64,000 bases of DNA from Candidatus Latescibacterota bacterium (GCA_965219455.1 OZ244744.1:2624001-2688000), one strand, 5' to 3'; positions 8,573 through 18,406 are shown, counted from the first letter of the stretch. Notes: generated by a model from the letters alone, not told the origin. Numbers and translations are program-made.

Positions 8573-10897
8573 ATGGACCTATCCATGTTCAAGGACGACG
8601 CCATTGAGTCCGAATGGACCCTGTCCGATGCCGAACAGGGTGAACAGATCAATCTCCCAATGGAAGCCGGCGACTGGATCCGGGCGAACGAGATCCGCGC
8701 CGAGATCTACCTGCCTGAAGGGGTAGACGACCAGATCTACTGCACCCTCACGTCAGGACATCGCACCGAAGGCATGAGCCAGGACGACGGCTATTGGTTC
8801 AACGCCATCGTCTCCCCCCGCGGCGGCAACGTCTGGCGGGGCTGGCGCGAGTTCCGTTTCCCCGCAGAGTGTTTCTATACCGCCGGAATCCCGACCGCGG
8901 GGTGGGGCGATATGTCCTCGGGAGAGGTCCGTCTACCGCCCGGAAGCCGGATCCGAAACGTCCGCCTGGTCCGGCGCCGGATCGTCCAGGGTCCGCGCAT
9001 GACCGATGAGGCCCTCATCGCCGCGGTCGATCTGAGCCATCCGGGACTCGAAACCGCGGCTCGGGCAACCGGCAGCGAAGCCCGGCTGTCGGCAATCGCG
9101 GCGCACTTCCGCTCCAGCGCCTTCGACCGGCGGCACACGACACCCGATCCCTCGCCCGATGCCGACCTTGAAGAGGCGGACCGTATCCTGGCCGGTTACA
9201 TCATGGACCACCACTGGCCCGACGGCGTGGACTGGGACGCCAATCCCTACGGATATATCGAGTGGTCCATCATCATCCACGCTTTCTACTATTTCAAATC
9301 ACTTGAACTCGCCTGGGAAAAGACCCGGGACCCGAAATACGTGAAAGGTATCGAAGCCATCCTGTGCGACTGGATGCGCAAAACTCCCTTGCCCGTCGGC
9401 GTACGTGCCGGCGGCCTGGCCTGGGGGCACTCTCTGATTGTGAGCATGCGGGGGTTCAACACGCTCGTGGACGCATTCACCGTGCTTTGCGACTGTCCGG
9501 AAACCGAAGACCGGACGATCCTGGACCTGCTCAAATCCGTCTACGAGCACGCCGTCTACCTCCTGAAATTCGAGTCCTTCCCACCCTCCAACAAAACCAT
9601 ATCGGAAGGCAGGTCTCTGCTCGCCACGGCCTGCTCCTTCCCCGAATTTCAAGAGGCCGAAGCCTGGTACGACGCAGCCAGCCGGCGTCTTATGGACGAC
9701 ATGAACATCCAGGTGATGCCGGACGGGGCCTCGTACGAACTCACCCCGGGCTATCAGATCTCAATCGCCTCGTGGTTCCTCGATGCCTATAAAGTGGCCG
9801 GGAAGTTCGGCCGGTCACTGGATCCGGAACTGGAAGCCGGCATCCGGCGCATGTACGACTGGTGCGTCTCCATCAACCGGCCCGACTTCTCCTGCCCCTC
9901 CATTTCCGACGCCGGCAGCCTGGACGGAAAATACGGAGGCGCGCTCTCCGGCCCGGGCGCCATTCTCAACGACGAAGAAGCCACCTGGATTGCCAGCGAT
10001 GGTGAAAAAGGCAGCGCGCCGGCCTACACCTCGATCGCCCGCCGGGACTCCGGTTACTTCGTCATGCGCAGCGGCTGGGATCGAGACGCCCGCTACCTCC
10101 TGTTCGAAGGAGGCCCGTTCGGTCGTTTTCACCAGCACGAAGACATGCTCTCCTTCGATCTCTACGCCCACGGCCTGCCCTTCATCGTGGACCCCGGTAT
10201 TACGTCGTACTACCCGAATGCGTGGACCTCGTTCTACAGGACAACCGAAGCGCACAACACGGTACTGGTGGACGGCTGCGGCCAGAACCGCCGGGCCCGT
10301 ACCATCCCGGAATGGGTTGAGTCCGCCCGGGACAAGACCGTGTGGCGCTCGGATGACCGCTCCGACGTCGCCATCGCCACATACGATGCCGGGTATGCCG
10401 GGTTGGACGCGTCCGTCGCCCACCGCCGGATTGTCATGTTCGTCAAGCCCGATTACTTCCTGATTTTCGATGAACTCACGGGCGAAGGCCGCCGCACCTA
10501 TGAAGCCCTCTTCCACTTCATGCCCTACCGGGTGCTGATCGACCCGGACACCCGCGCCGTCCGTACGGGCCGGATGAATCCGCCCAATCTGGAAATCCTT
10601 CCCCTCGTCAAAATGACGCCCCACGTCGTCTGCGGCCAGAACGATCCTGTACAGGGTTGGCTCGCGATCGGCGGGCAGGATGTTCCGGCGCCGGTCGTCG
10701 TCTACAAGAAACGCACGGCGCTGCCCTTCCGGACCGGCTACGCCCTCGTGCCTTTCACGGACGGCGTCAGCGCAGGCGTCACTCCGCGGATCACCCGCCG
10801 GGGCGAGGCCTGGAACGTACGCCTCGCCCATCCCGACGGCAAAGTGGATCGGATCCGGATGGACTGGTCCGACAGCAACGGACCGGTACTGATCTAG
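8573..10897 (+). CDS. Heparinase II/III-family polysaccharide lyase-like protein
   Basis: QVMPDGASYELTPGYQ, DSGYFVMRSGW, HQHEDMLSF, VDPG, FYRTTEAHNTVLVDG; AAGGAG RBS. Confidence 0.85.
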   Translation: MDLSMFKDDAIESEWTLSDAEQGEQINLPMEAGDWIRANEIRAEIYLPEGVDDQIYCTLTSGHRTEGMSQDDGYWFNAIVSPRGGNVWRGWREFRFPAECFYTAGIPTAGWGDMSSGEVRLPPGSRIRNVRLVRRRIVQGPRMTDEALIAAVDLSHPGLETAARATGSEARLSAIAAHFRSSAFDRRHTTPDPSPDADLEEADRILAGYIMDHHWPDGVDWDANPYGYIEWSIIIHAFYYFKSLELAWEKTRDPKYVKGIEAILCDWMRKTPLPVGVRAGGLAWGHSLIVSMRGFNTLVDAFTVLCDCPETEDRTILDLLKSVYEHAVYLLKFESFPPSNKTISEGRSLLATACSFPEFQEAEAWYDAASRRLMDDMNIQVMPDGASYELTPGYQISIASWFLDAYKVAGKFGRSLDPELEAGIRRMYDWCVSINRPDFSCPSISDAGSLDGKYGGALSGPGAILNDEEATWIASDGEKGSAPAYTSIARRDSGYFVMRSGWDRDARYLLFEGGPFGRFHQHEDMLSFDLYAHGLPFIVDPGITSYYPNAWTSFYRTTEAHNTVLVDGCGQNRRARTIPEWVESARDKTVWRSDDRSDVAIATYDAGYAGLDASVAHRRIVMFVKPDYFLIFDELTGEGRRTYEALFHFMPYRVLIDPDTRAVRTGRMNPPNLEILPLVKMTPHVVCGQNDPVQGWLAIGGQDVPAPVVVYKKRTALPFRTGYALVPFTDGVSAGVTPRITRRGEAWNVRLAHPDGKVDRIRMDWSDSNGPVLI

Positions 10898-10950
10898 TCG
10901 TTCTATTGCGCCACGTGAAAAAACTCGATACCCGACAAAGGAGGAAGAGA

Positions 10951-11142
10951 ATGAAAATGCAAAAGTACATTTACTGGCAAGACGACCCTATGTTTCTGGG
11001 ATATCTTGAAGCGTATCCCGACTATTGGACGCAAGGCGAATCCATTGATGAGTTGAAGGCGAATCTGATCGACATTTACAACGAACTCACGGGCGGCGCC
11101 ATTTCCTGTGTGCGCCGGGTTGCTGAGCTACAGGTATCATGA
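10951..11142 (+). CDS. hicB: HicB-family antitoxin (short form)
   Basis: MKMQKYIYWQDDPMFLGYLEAYPDYWTQGESIDELKANL (TQGESxxE motif); AGGAGG RBS. Confidence 0.8.
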   Translation: MKMQKYIYWQDDPMFLGYLEAYPDYWTQGESIDELKANLIDIYNELTGGAISCVRRVAELQVS

Positions 11143-11228
11143 AAAGACGAGACTTGATAAACGAACTAAAGGATCCGGGCTGTGTGTTTTTTCGACATGG
11201 GCGTAGATTAATAGATCCATTGGAATAA
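11139..11228 (+). pseudogene. hicA: Truncated HicA-family toxin
   Basis: ATGA overlap with hicB; MKRRDLINELKDPGCVFFRHG matches a HicA N-terminus, then unrelated sequence and a stop after 29 aa. Confidence 0.7.
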
Positions 11229-11248
11229 AATGCATTGGAGAGTCCGAC

Positions 11249-12559
11249 ATGCTGAGGCGAATACAGATCCGAGGATATAAGTCTCTTGACGACGTCGAAG
11301 TGTCTCTATCGCAGCTGGTCGTGCTATTCGGACCAAATGCCGCCGGTAAGAGCAACTTGCTCGACGCCTTGCAGTTACTGTCGAAGCTGGGGACAAGTCG
11401 GACGGTCAAAGAAGCGTTTGATCCTCCCTATCGAGGGAAACCGCTAGAGTCCTTTACCATCGGAAAAAACGGCATCAAGGGTCTACTCGAACAGGAAAGA
11501 CTGTCGTTCTCCATTGAAGCGGACCTTAGCTTGTCCGCCGCGGTTGTCGAGACTGTGAATCGCCAGATTCTGGAAATGCGTCGTCCAAGCGTCGAGGCCG
11601 AGTTCAAATCCGGGGGGAAAATCCCTGCCCGGGTGCGTGAAACATATCTCCGATACCGCATTGAGATAGAGATGCTGCCAAAATCTGGTGTTCTGCGCGT
11701 AGCTGATGAATACTTGGCTGCATTGAATGCCGATGGGCAACCCACCGGAAAACGCAGGCCATTTATCGAACGCCAGGATCAGAAGATACACCTGCGCTTG
11801 GAGGGACAGGCGCATCCCACCTATTACGATCGTTTCCTTGACCACAGCGTTCTCTCGATGCCACATTATCCGCCTCACTATCCGCACCTGGCGGCGGCTC
11901 GGCGTGAGTTGGAGAGTTGGCTGTTCTTTTACTTCGAACCTCGCGAACGTATGAGGGCCGCGAATCCAGTAAAAGAGGTACGACACATCGGTTTGATGGG
12001 CGAAGAACTCGCCGCCTTTCTGAATACAATGAAAGCAACCGATGCCAAGCAATTCAAGGGCGTCGAAAAAGCTCTACGCGCATTGATGCCCAACATCGAA
12101 GGAATCGAGGTAGAAGTGAGCGGTCTCGGAGAGGTGGAACTGAGACTTAAGGAAGGGGGTGTTGCAATTCCGGCTCGAGTGCTCTCAGAAGGAACCTTGA
12201 GGATGCTTGGACTTCTGGCCCTCTCTGGCGTTGCCGACACCCCTGCATTGGTCGGATTTGAAGAGCCGGAGAATGGCATTCACCCGCGCCGCATCCAGTT
12301 GATCGCGGAATTGCTCAAGACTCAGGAGGTCCTGAACCAGACTCAACATATCATTACCACCCACTCACCGATCCTGCCCGACCTGATTGATGACGACTCC
12401 CTGTTTGCGGTCCGGCGCCTTAACAGGCAAACTCGCATTGATCCGTTCTCTTCGTGGGGGTCACTGGCGAGACGCAATGATATCAGCCAGGCGCTATCCG
12501 ACGATGAAGACGGACTCCCGGTTTCAGCACGCATTCTGAGAGGGGATTTCGATGCGTGA
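11249..12559 (+). CDS. ABC-type ATPase (AAA_15/AAA_21-like)
   Basis: GYKSL, GPNAAGKSN Walker A, LSEGT signature, GFEEPENGIHP Walker B, TTHSP H-loop. Confidence 0.9.
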   Translation: MLRRIQIRGYKSLDDVEVSLSQLVVLFGPNAAGKSNLLDALQLLSKLGTSRTVKEAFDPPYRGKPLESFTIGKNGIKGLLEQERLSFSIEADLSLSAAVVETVNRQILEMRRPSVEAEFKSGGKIPARVRETYLRYRIEIEMLPKSGVLRVADEYLAALNADGQPTGKRRPFIERQDQKIHLRLEGQAHPTYYDRFLDHSVLSMPHYPPHYPHLAAARRELESWLFFYFEPRERMRAANPVKEVRHIGLMGEELAAFLNTMKATDAKQFKGVEKALRALMPNIEGIEVEVSGLGEVELRLKEGGVAIPARVLSEGTLRMLGLLALSGVADTPALVGFEEPENGIHPRRIQLIAELLKTQEVLNQTQHIITTHSPILPDLIDDDSLFAVRRLNRQTRIDPFSSWGSLARRNDISQALSDDEDGLPVSARILRGDFDA

Positions 12560-13154
12560 AATCGCGCTTTTTGCCGAGGACTACGCACATCAGCTTGTCA
12601 TAGGCGCCCTCGTCAGCAGGGTCGCCGGCGAATACAACATCGATGTGCGTCTGGACTGGCGGAGCGCAGTAGGCGGCTATGGGAGAGTCATTACCGAATA
12701 CAACAACTATATACGTGACCTTATACGGCAAGGGAACCCACGACCCGATGTGATCGTCGTCGCTACAGACGCCAACTGCAAAGGACTTAACGAGCGAACG
12801 CGGGAGATTATCGACCGAGGAGAACTCGCAACAATGATCCATGCCATTCCCGATCCGCATATCGAGCGTTGGCTTCTACTCGATGGATCGGCATTCAAGG
12901 CCGTGTTTGGAATGGGGTGCGATGCACCCGATCAGAAATGTGATCGCAGACGATATAAGCGACGTTTGATTGAGGCCATTCGTGACACGGGAACGATTCC
13001 CAGACTTGGGGGCATCGAATACGCGGAAGACATCGTACAGCACATGAACATCAAGCGGGTAGCACGATCGGACCGATCTTTTCGGCGTTTCGTCGAGGCT
13101 CTGCGCAACACATTTCAGGAATGGAGACTCCAAACCCGAACATCCAGCATATAG
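12552..13154 (+). CDS. DUF4276/RloB-like TOPRIM-fold partner of the ATPase
   Basis: LFAED, VVATDAN, IERWLL and C-terminal SFRRFVEAL motifs; overlaps the ATPase stop. Confidence 0.65.
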   Translation: MREIALFAEDYAHQLVIGALVSRVAGEYNIDVRLDWRSAVGGYGRVITEYNNYIRDLIRQGNPRPDVIVVATDANCKGLNERTREIIDRGELATMIHAIPDPHIERWLLLDGSAFKAVFGMGCDAPDQKCDRRRYKRRLIEAIRDTGTIPRLGGIEYAEDIVQHMNIKRVARSDRSFRRFVEALRNTFQEWRLQTRTSSI

Positions 13155-13250
13155 TTGAAATCGCTTTTCCCTGGGTGGGCGTATGTTGAAATTGGAGTCG
13201 CAACACTCAGGGGACTGTTAACCGGTAATATCTGGCCTGGAGGGAAATCA

Positions 13251-14927
13251 ATGCTGCCCAACTACGATGTTGACATGCGGCTGGACGTAAAGGTCCCGAT
13301 GCGCGACGGGGTGAATCTTTCGGCCGACATATACCTGCCTCGTGCGCACGGGAGATTTCCAACGGTACTCATGCGCACGCCCTACAGCAATAATGCCGAC
13401 GGGATGGTCGATAAGGCCCGGCGGCTGGCCAATAACGGATACGCCTGCGTCCTCCAGGACTGCCGCGGGCGCTGGGACTCCGAAGGCACCTATTATGCCT
13501 TTCGGGAAGGTGAAGACGGATTCGACACCCAGGAGTGGATCGGAACACAGGAATGGTGCAGCGGCAATATCGGGATGGCCGGCAGTTCCTATGGCGGCGC
13601 CGTACAGTGGCGCAGCGCGCCGTACGGGAATCGTTATCTCAAATGCATGACGCCCCGGGTCATCTGCACCGACTACTACACCGGCCTCGTCCACCCCGGC
13701 GGCGCCTTCCAGCTCAACGTGATGCTTACCTGGGGCATGCGCACCAACGCACGCACCGGCCAGAACATCGAGTTTCACAACTGGACCGAAGCCTTCCGCG
13801 CGTTACCCCTCAACAAAATGGACGAACATGCAGGCCGCGACGTCGATTTCTGGAAAGACTGGGTCGAACACGCCGCTTACGACGACTACTGGGAAGAATT
13901 CAACGATGAAACCAGGTGGGGCGAAATTGCCGCCCCCGCGTTCAATATGGGCGGGTGGTACGACCTCTATGCCGCCCAGACCTTCAGCAACTACAACGGT
14001 CTTCGTCTGAATGGAGGCACGGAAGAGGCAAGGAAGAGCAAACTCATCGTGGGGCCCTGGCCGCATGCCCTCAGCACGTCGCCAAAAACCGGCGACGTCG
14101 ACTTCGGAGCGCCTTCCATGGTCGACCTCGAAAGCCTCGAACAGCGCTGGTTCGATTACTGGCTCAAGGGCATCGACAACGGCATCGTGGACGAACCGCC
14201 GCTGAGGCTGTTCATCATGGGTGTCAACCAGTGGCGAGATGAATGCGAATGGCCCCTGGCGCGAACCCAGTGGCAAAAATGGCAACTGCATTCCGCCGGC
14301 CACGCCAACACGCTGCTTGGCGACGGCTGCCTCTCGACCGATCCACCGGGCCAGGAGCGCCCCGATCATTACACCTATGATCCGCGCTACCCCGCGCCGA
14401 CGATGGGCGGTAACAACTGCTGCTCGCCACATATCGTCCCCTGGGGGCCGCAGGACCAGCGCCCGGCCGAAATGCGGAGCGACGTGCTCTGTTATACCAG
14501 CGACCCTGTGGAAACAGACCTGGAAGTCACGGGACCCGTCAAGGCCGTACTCTACGCCGCCACCGATTGCACGGACACGGACTGGACCGCCAAACTGGTG
14601 GACGTATCCCCCTCCGGGTACGCCATGAACCTCTGCGACGGCATCCTGAGAGCCCGTTTTCGTGAAGGCTTTGCCAGCCCATCCCTGCTCGAACCCGGCA
14701 GCGTCTACGCCTATGAAATCGACCTGGGCGTCACGGGAAACGTCTTCAAAAAAGGTCACCGCATCCGCCTCGAGATCTCGTCTTCCAACTTTCCGCGGTT
14801 CGACCGCAATCTCAACACGGGCCGCAGCCTGGGAAGCGAGACCGAAATGCGCCAGGCCCATCAGACCGTCCATCACTCAAAAGCATATCCGTCCCACATC
14901 GTCCTGCCGGTTATTCCGGCCACGTAA
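13251..14927 (+). CDS. CocE/NonD-family hydrolase (peptidase S15-like)
   Basis: VPMRDGVNLSADIY, RTPY, GSSYGG nucleophile elbow, GGWYD, GPWPH, SSSNFPRFDRN; GGAGG RBS before ATG 13251. Confidence 0.93.
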   Translation: MLPNYDVDMRLDVKVPMRDGVNLSADIYLPRAHGRFPTVLMRTPYSNNADGMVDKARRLANNGYACVLQDCRGRWDSEGTYYAFREGEDGFDTQEWIGTQEWCSGNIGMAGSSYGGAVQWRSAPYGNRYLKCMTPRVICTDYYTGLVHPGGAFQLNVMLTWGMRTNARTGQNIEFHNWTEAFRALPLNKMDEHAGRDVDFWKDWVEHAAYDDYWEEFNDETRWGEIAAPAFNMGGWYDLYAAQTFSNYNGLRLNGGTEEARKSKLIVGPWPHALSTSPKTGDVDFGAPSMVDLESLEQRWFDYWLKGIDNGIVDEPPLRLFIMGVNQWRDECEWPLARTQWQKWQLHSAGHANTLLGDGCLSTDPPGQERPDHYTYDPRYPAPTMGGNNCCSPHIVPWGPQDQRPAEMRSDVLCYTSDPVETDLEVTGPVKAVLYAATDCTDTDWTAKLVDVSPSGYAMNLCDGILRARFREGFASPSLLEPGSVYAYEIDLGVTGNVFKKGHRIRLEISSSNFPRFDRNLNTGRSLGSETEMRQAHQTVHHSKAYPSHIVLPVIPAT

Positions 14928-15011
14928 CTGTCAAGACCCTTCAAGGCGCCCGGCTGGGGCGTGGCTGGCGATGCCGTCCCGACCCGGCGCGCATGAACAG
15001 GATTTCCAGAC

Positions 15012-16400
15012 ATGCCCGAACCCCATCTCGTCATTGCCATCCCCAAAAAGAGCTTCGGCTTCGTTCCCGGCCAGCGGATTTCCATAGACATTCATGTCAA
15101 CGGGCTGGACAAACAGACGGTCCGCGTCCGGTTCGCTGTCAACGATCCTCTCGGCGCCACGCGGCTCTCATTCCGCGATGTAGACCGGGACCTGGACGGC
15201 GAGCACTCTGTCCTCCCGTTCCACTGCGACCTGGAACCCGATTTTCCGCCTGGCGCATATCTCATCACCGCGCAGGTCCTCTCGGAATTGCAGAATACCA
15301 GGGCAATCGCCACCGAATCCTTTGAGGTGGTCGTGCCCGGGCGCCGCCTGTCCGACGGCTTCCCGGTTGCGCCCCGGGACTGCATCGTCGACGCTTCGTG
15401 TGCCTTTGAACCCGTTGACCCGGAGACGCTCGCGGCGGCGTTTCATACGGCCCATACAGCCTGCCAACGCTGCCGCAACGCGGACGGGGGCTGGGGCAAG
15501 GACCCGAACCTCGCAAAACCCGCGTACCGCTGGCCCGCGAATGTCACCCTGGGTTATCTGTACGGGTACGAAGCGCTCGGTGACGTGCAATACAAAAGGC
15601 TGGCTCTCGGCGGCCTGGACTATCTCCTTGCCGAACAGGATAGGAACGGCGCCTTCCGCTGGTGGTACAAAGGCGTTTCGGGCGGCGTGATGAACCAACG
15701 CGATAACTTCTATGACACGGGCTGGGCCGGGCTGGCCCTTGCAGAGGGCTTTCGCGTTACGGGCGAGGAGAAATACCTCGATGCCGTTCGAAGGGCCGCC
15801 GACTGGACGATGACCTGCCCCTTTACCGGGAACAACAATTACGATGCATTCGCCCTCTGGTTTCTCTCCCTGCTGTATACTTTCACCGGCGAAGACAAAT
15901 ACCTGGAGACGGCCATCTGGCGTACCCGAGGCGGCGTCTTCTTTGCGCAGCTTCCCCGGGGCGGTTGGCCGGGTCACAATTTCCATATCGGCTATCAATC
16001 CATTACCGCCAATGGCCTCGCCTCCCTGTACGACGTCCTCCCCCGGGACCATTCCTTTTCCAAGCCGCTCAGGGACCGACTCTGTGCAGCCCTCAATTTC
16101 GCGACCTTCCTTCAGGCGCCAACGGGGGATTATTACGTTGGCTGGGAATATGACCGGGACTTCCGTCTCGACAGCGACGGCAACCCCGTGGGCAACGCAG
16201 GCCCCGCCCGGGCCGAACTCATCCGCGCCTTCTACAAGACCCGCAACCGCGTGCCCGTGCCGCCCAATATCTTCAACGGTCTCTGCCGTTCCACCACGGC
16301 CAGGATCGAGTCCCTGGAGAATCTCACCGGAAGTGAAGAATCAGACCACACCTATCTGATGGATATTGGCACGCTGCTCAAATGGCGCCATAACAGATAA
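15012..16400 (+). CDS. Hypothetical protein: beta-rich N-terminus plus alpha/alpha-toroid domain
   Basis: Repeated helical hairpin motifs (TGEEKYLDAVRRAADW, TGEDKYLETA, QDRNGAF, QLPRGGW). Confidence 0.6.
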   Translation: MPEPHLVIAIPKKSFGFVPGQRISIDIHVNGLDKQTVRVRFAVNDPLGATRLSFRDVDRDLDGEHSVLPFHCDLEPDFPPGAYLITAQVLSELQNTRAIATESFEVVVPGRRLSDGFPVAPRDCIVDASCAFEPVDPETLAAAFHTAHTACQRCRNADGGWGKDPNLAKPAYRWPANVTLGYLYGYEALGDVQYKRLALGGLDYLLAEQDRNGAFRWWYKGVSGGVMNQRDNFYDTGWAGLALAEGFRVTGEEKYLDAVRRAADWTMTCPFTGNNNYDAFALWFLSLLYTFTGEDKYLETAIWRTRGGVFFAQLPRGGWPGHNFHIGYQSITANGLASLYDVLPRDHSFSKPLRDRLCAALNFATFLQAPTGDYYVGWEYDRDFRLDSDGNPVGNAGPARAELIRAFYKTRNRVPVPPNIFNGLCRSTTARIESLENLTGSEESDHTYLMDIGTLLKWRHNR

Positions 16401-16421
16401 GGCACGGCTTTCACCGTGCCT
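16400..16421. terminator. Hairpin between convergent genes
   Basis: AGGCACGG-CTTTCA-CCGTGCCT inverted repeat right after the stop; no strong U tract. Confidence 0.45.
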
Positions 16422-16474
16422 CTGACATCTCCCACCGGGCCTGGGGGCCCACGTCCCGAACGACCGTTCCGTCT

Positions 16475-17371
16475 TTACCTGGGCACCGCTTCAATCTCGA
16501 ACAGCTTGGGCCATCGTTTCCCGGTCACGAACAGGCGCTTCCCCTTTGCATCGTAAGCAATCCCGTTCAACGTGGCATCCGCGGCGAGTCGTTCCCGCCC
16601 CGCCAGCAAGCCAGTCAGGTCGATCCAGCCCACCACCCTGCCGGACTCCGGGTCGATCCTGGCGATCAGGTCCGTTTCCCAGACATTGGCGTAGACTTCG
16701 CCTTCAACGTATTCCAGTTCATTCAGCCGGGTCACCGGCCCCATATCGTCCCGGACCTCAACCCGCCCGACCTCCTCAAACGTTTCGGGATCTTTAAAAT
16801 ACAGCGTCGGCGTCCCATCGCTGACGATCAACCGCCGGCCGTCGTGTGTAATCCCCCACCCCTCGGTGGAATAGGTGAACGACCGCAAGCGTTCGAACCG
16901 TTCCTTATCGTAGACGAATCCGGTCCGCCCCACCCAAGTTAACTGAATGATGTGATTTCCGAATATTGTTATTCCTTCTCCGAAAAACCGGGATTCCAGC
17001 GGATGCATCCGTGTAACCTTGCCTGTTTCCAGTACGATCTTGCGCAACGACGACCGCCCGTACAGCCCCGTTCCCTCGAAAAGAAATCCGCCTTCATACA
17101 CAAGCCCCTGTGTAAATGCGGTGGCGTCGTGCGGATAGGTGCGTATTACGCGGTACGTGTACCACCGCGGCTTCCCTGCGGAGGTCGAGTCCGCCTGTGT
17201 TGAAACCGTACCGTTATTCCGTGCGGACCGGACCTCGCCCACATCCGACGCCGATACACCCACTGCACCCGCCACGCCGAGAACAAACAGCGTAATTCCC
17301 GGCAGACGGCAAAGGCACCGGAAAATTCGGAAAGGCAAATGATCGGTTGTGCTCCGGGACTGTAAGGTCAT
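16475..17371 (-). CDS. Glutaminyl-peptide cyclotransferase
   Basis: YPHDATAFTQGL, EGTGLYGRS, FGEGIT, EGWGIT, LNELEY, LNGIAYD, TGKRWP; start placed at ATG 17371 because the upstream part of the ORF is REP DNA. Confidence 0.92.
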   Translation of the reverse strand: MTLQSRSTTDHLPFRIFRCLCRLPGITLFVLGVAGAVGVSASDVGEVRSARNNGTVSTQADSTSAGKPRWYTYRVIRTYPHDATAFTQGLVYEGGFLFEGTGLYGRSSLRKIVLETGKVTRMHPLESRFFGEGITIFGNHIIQLTWVGRTGFVYDKERFERLRSFTYSTEGWGITHDGRRLIVSDGTPTLYFKDPETFEEVGRVEVRDDMGPVTRLNELEYVEGEVYANVWETDLIARIDPESGRVVGWIDLTGLLAGRERLAADATLNGIAYDAKGKRLFVTGKRWPKLFEIEAVPR

Positions 17372-17404
17372 TTGATAGACCGGGCAGAACCGCTGCGCGG
17401 TATC

Positions 17405-17612
17405 TGTAGGGGCGACCGGCCGGTCGCCCCTACAAAACGGAAACACCTTTGAATTAACATCGACTGTCCGCATCGCTGACGGCTGTCTGTTGGACGCTAA
17501 AGACAGGGCGGTTCGCGAACCGCCCCTACAAAAACCAGACATCCGTAAATTGCCATCGCTGGGCCGTATTGCCGACCGCTGTAAGCTGATTGCTGACCGC
17601 CGACAGCTATCT
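17405..17612. repeat. Two GTAG-type REP palindromes plus GCTGAYN heptamer repeat
   Basis: TGTAGGGGCGACCGGCCGGTCGCCCCTACA (~17406), AGGGCGGTTCGCGAACCGCCCCTACA (~17504), heptamers 17571-17610. Confidence 0.8.
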
Positions 17613-18059
17613 GCTGCCCGCTATCCCTTGAGGCGCAGAAGGATCGCCTTCAATCCATTCTTCTCCGTCCGTCCAGACTTCTTTTTTCCAGATGGGCACC
17701 GTTTCCTTCAGTCGGTCAATCGCGTAGTGACAGGCCGCCAGGGCCGCTTTCCGGTGCGGCGCGGAAATCGCAATCAACACACTCGTCTCGCCGATTTCCA
17801 ATCGACCCATCCGATGCAGCATGCCCACCCGGTCCACGTCCCACTTCTCCTTCACCTCCCGGCCAATCTCCTCCATCTTCTTCTCGGCCATGTCTTTATA
17901 GGCATCGTACACCAGATACCTGGTCGGGCGGCCCATCGCATGGTCTCGCACCACCCCGGCGAACGTCGCCACCGCGCCATCCGAATCTCTCAGCACAGCG
18001 TCGTGCAGCGCGTCGGCCGGTATGGGGTCTTCCAGGATACGGTACAGATCACCGGACAT
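17607..18059 (-). CDS. moaE: Molybdopterin synthase catalytic subunit
   Basis: GAVATFAGVVRD, HRMGRLEIGE, HRKAA, LKETVPIWKKE. Confidence 0.93.
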   Translation of the reverse strand: MSGDLYRILEDPIPADALHDAVLRDSDGAVATFAGVVRDHAMGRPTRYLVYDAYKDMAEKKMEEIGREVKEKWDVDRVGMLHRMGRLEIGETSVLIAISAPHRKAALAACHYAIDRLKETVPIWKKEVWTDGEEWIEGDPSAPQGIAGSR

Positions 18060-18097
18060 GCGATCGTCCCTTCTGCGATTGACCTTTTTCAACGCCA

Positions 18098-18352
18098 TCA
18101 GCCAGCGCTTCCCCCGCTTACCGGCGGTATAAACGCCACCTCGTCCCCATCATTAAGCCGCTGGGACCTATCCACGTACGCCTGGTTGACCGACACCATC
18201 AGGCTGGCTTCCATTTCCCTCAACCGGGGTCGATCCTCCGCCAACCGCGCCAGCAGGTCGGCCACGCAGGCGCGTTCGGGAAGCGATACCGACGCCTCCC
18301 GTGTTCCAACAAGATCCCTGCACGTCGCGAAAAAAAGAACTTTGACCTCCAT
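18098..18352 (-). CDS. moaD: Molybdopterin synthase sulfur carrier
   Basis: VKVLFFA, VSVNQAYV, GDEVAFIPPVSGG followed by an SAG tail. Confidence 0.9.
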   Translation of the reverse strand: MEVKVLFFATCRDLVGTREASVSLPERACVADLLARLAEDRPRLREMEASLMVSVNQAYVDRSQRLNDGDEVAFIPPVSGGSAG

Positions 18353-18406
18353 CTCCCTGCTCTGCTCCCTGTCTGTGGAATTTCCGGTGGCGGCGAAACC
18401 GTCCCG

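Noticed and set aside
10906-10921. parS-like CCACGTGAAA
   Set aside because: Only the core matches; the outer palindrome arms are missing
18059-18125. Frameshifted MoaD-MoaE fusion
   Set aside because: moaE has its own purine-rich RBS and ATG at 18059, and no clear slippery site precedes the moaD stop
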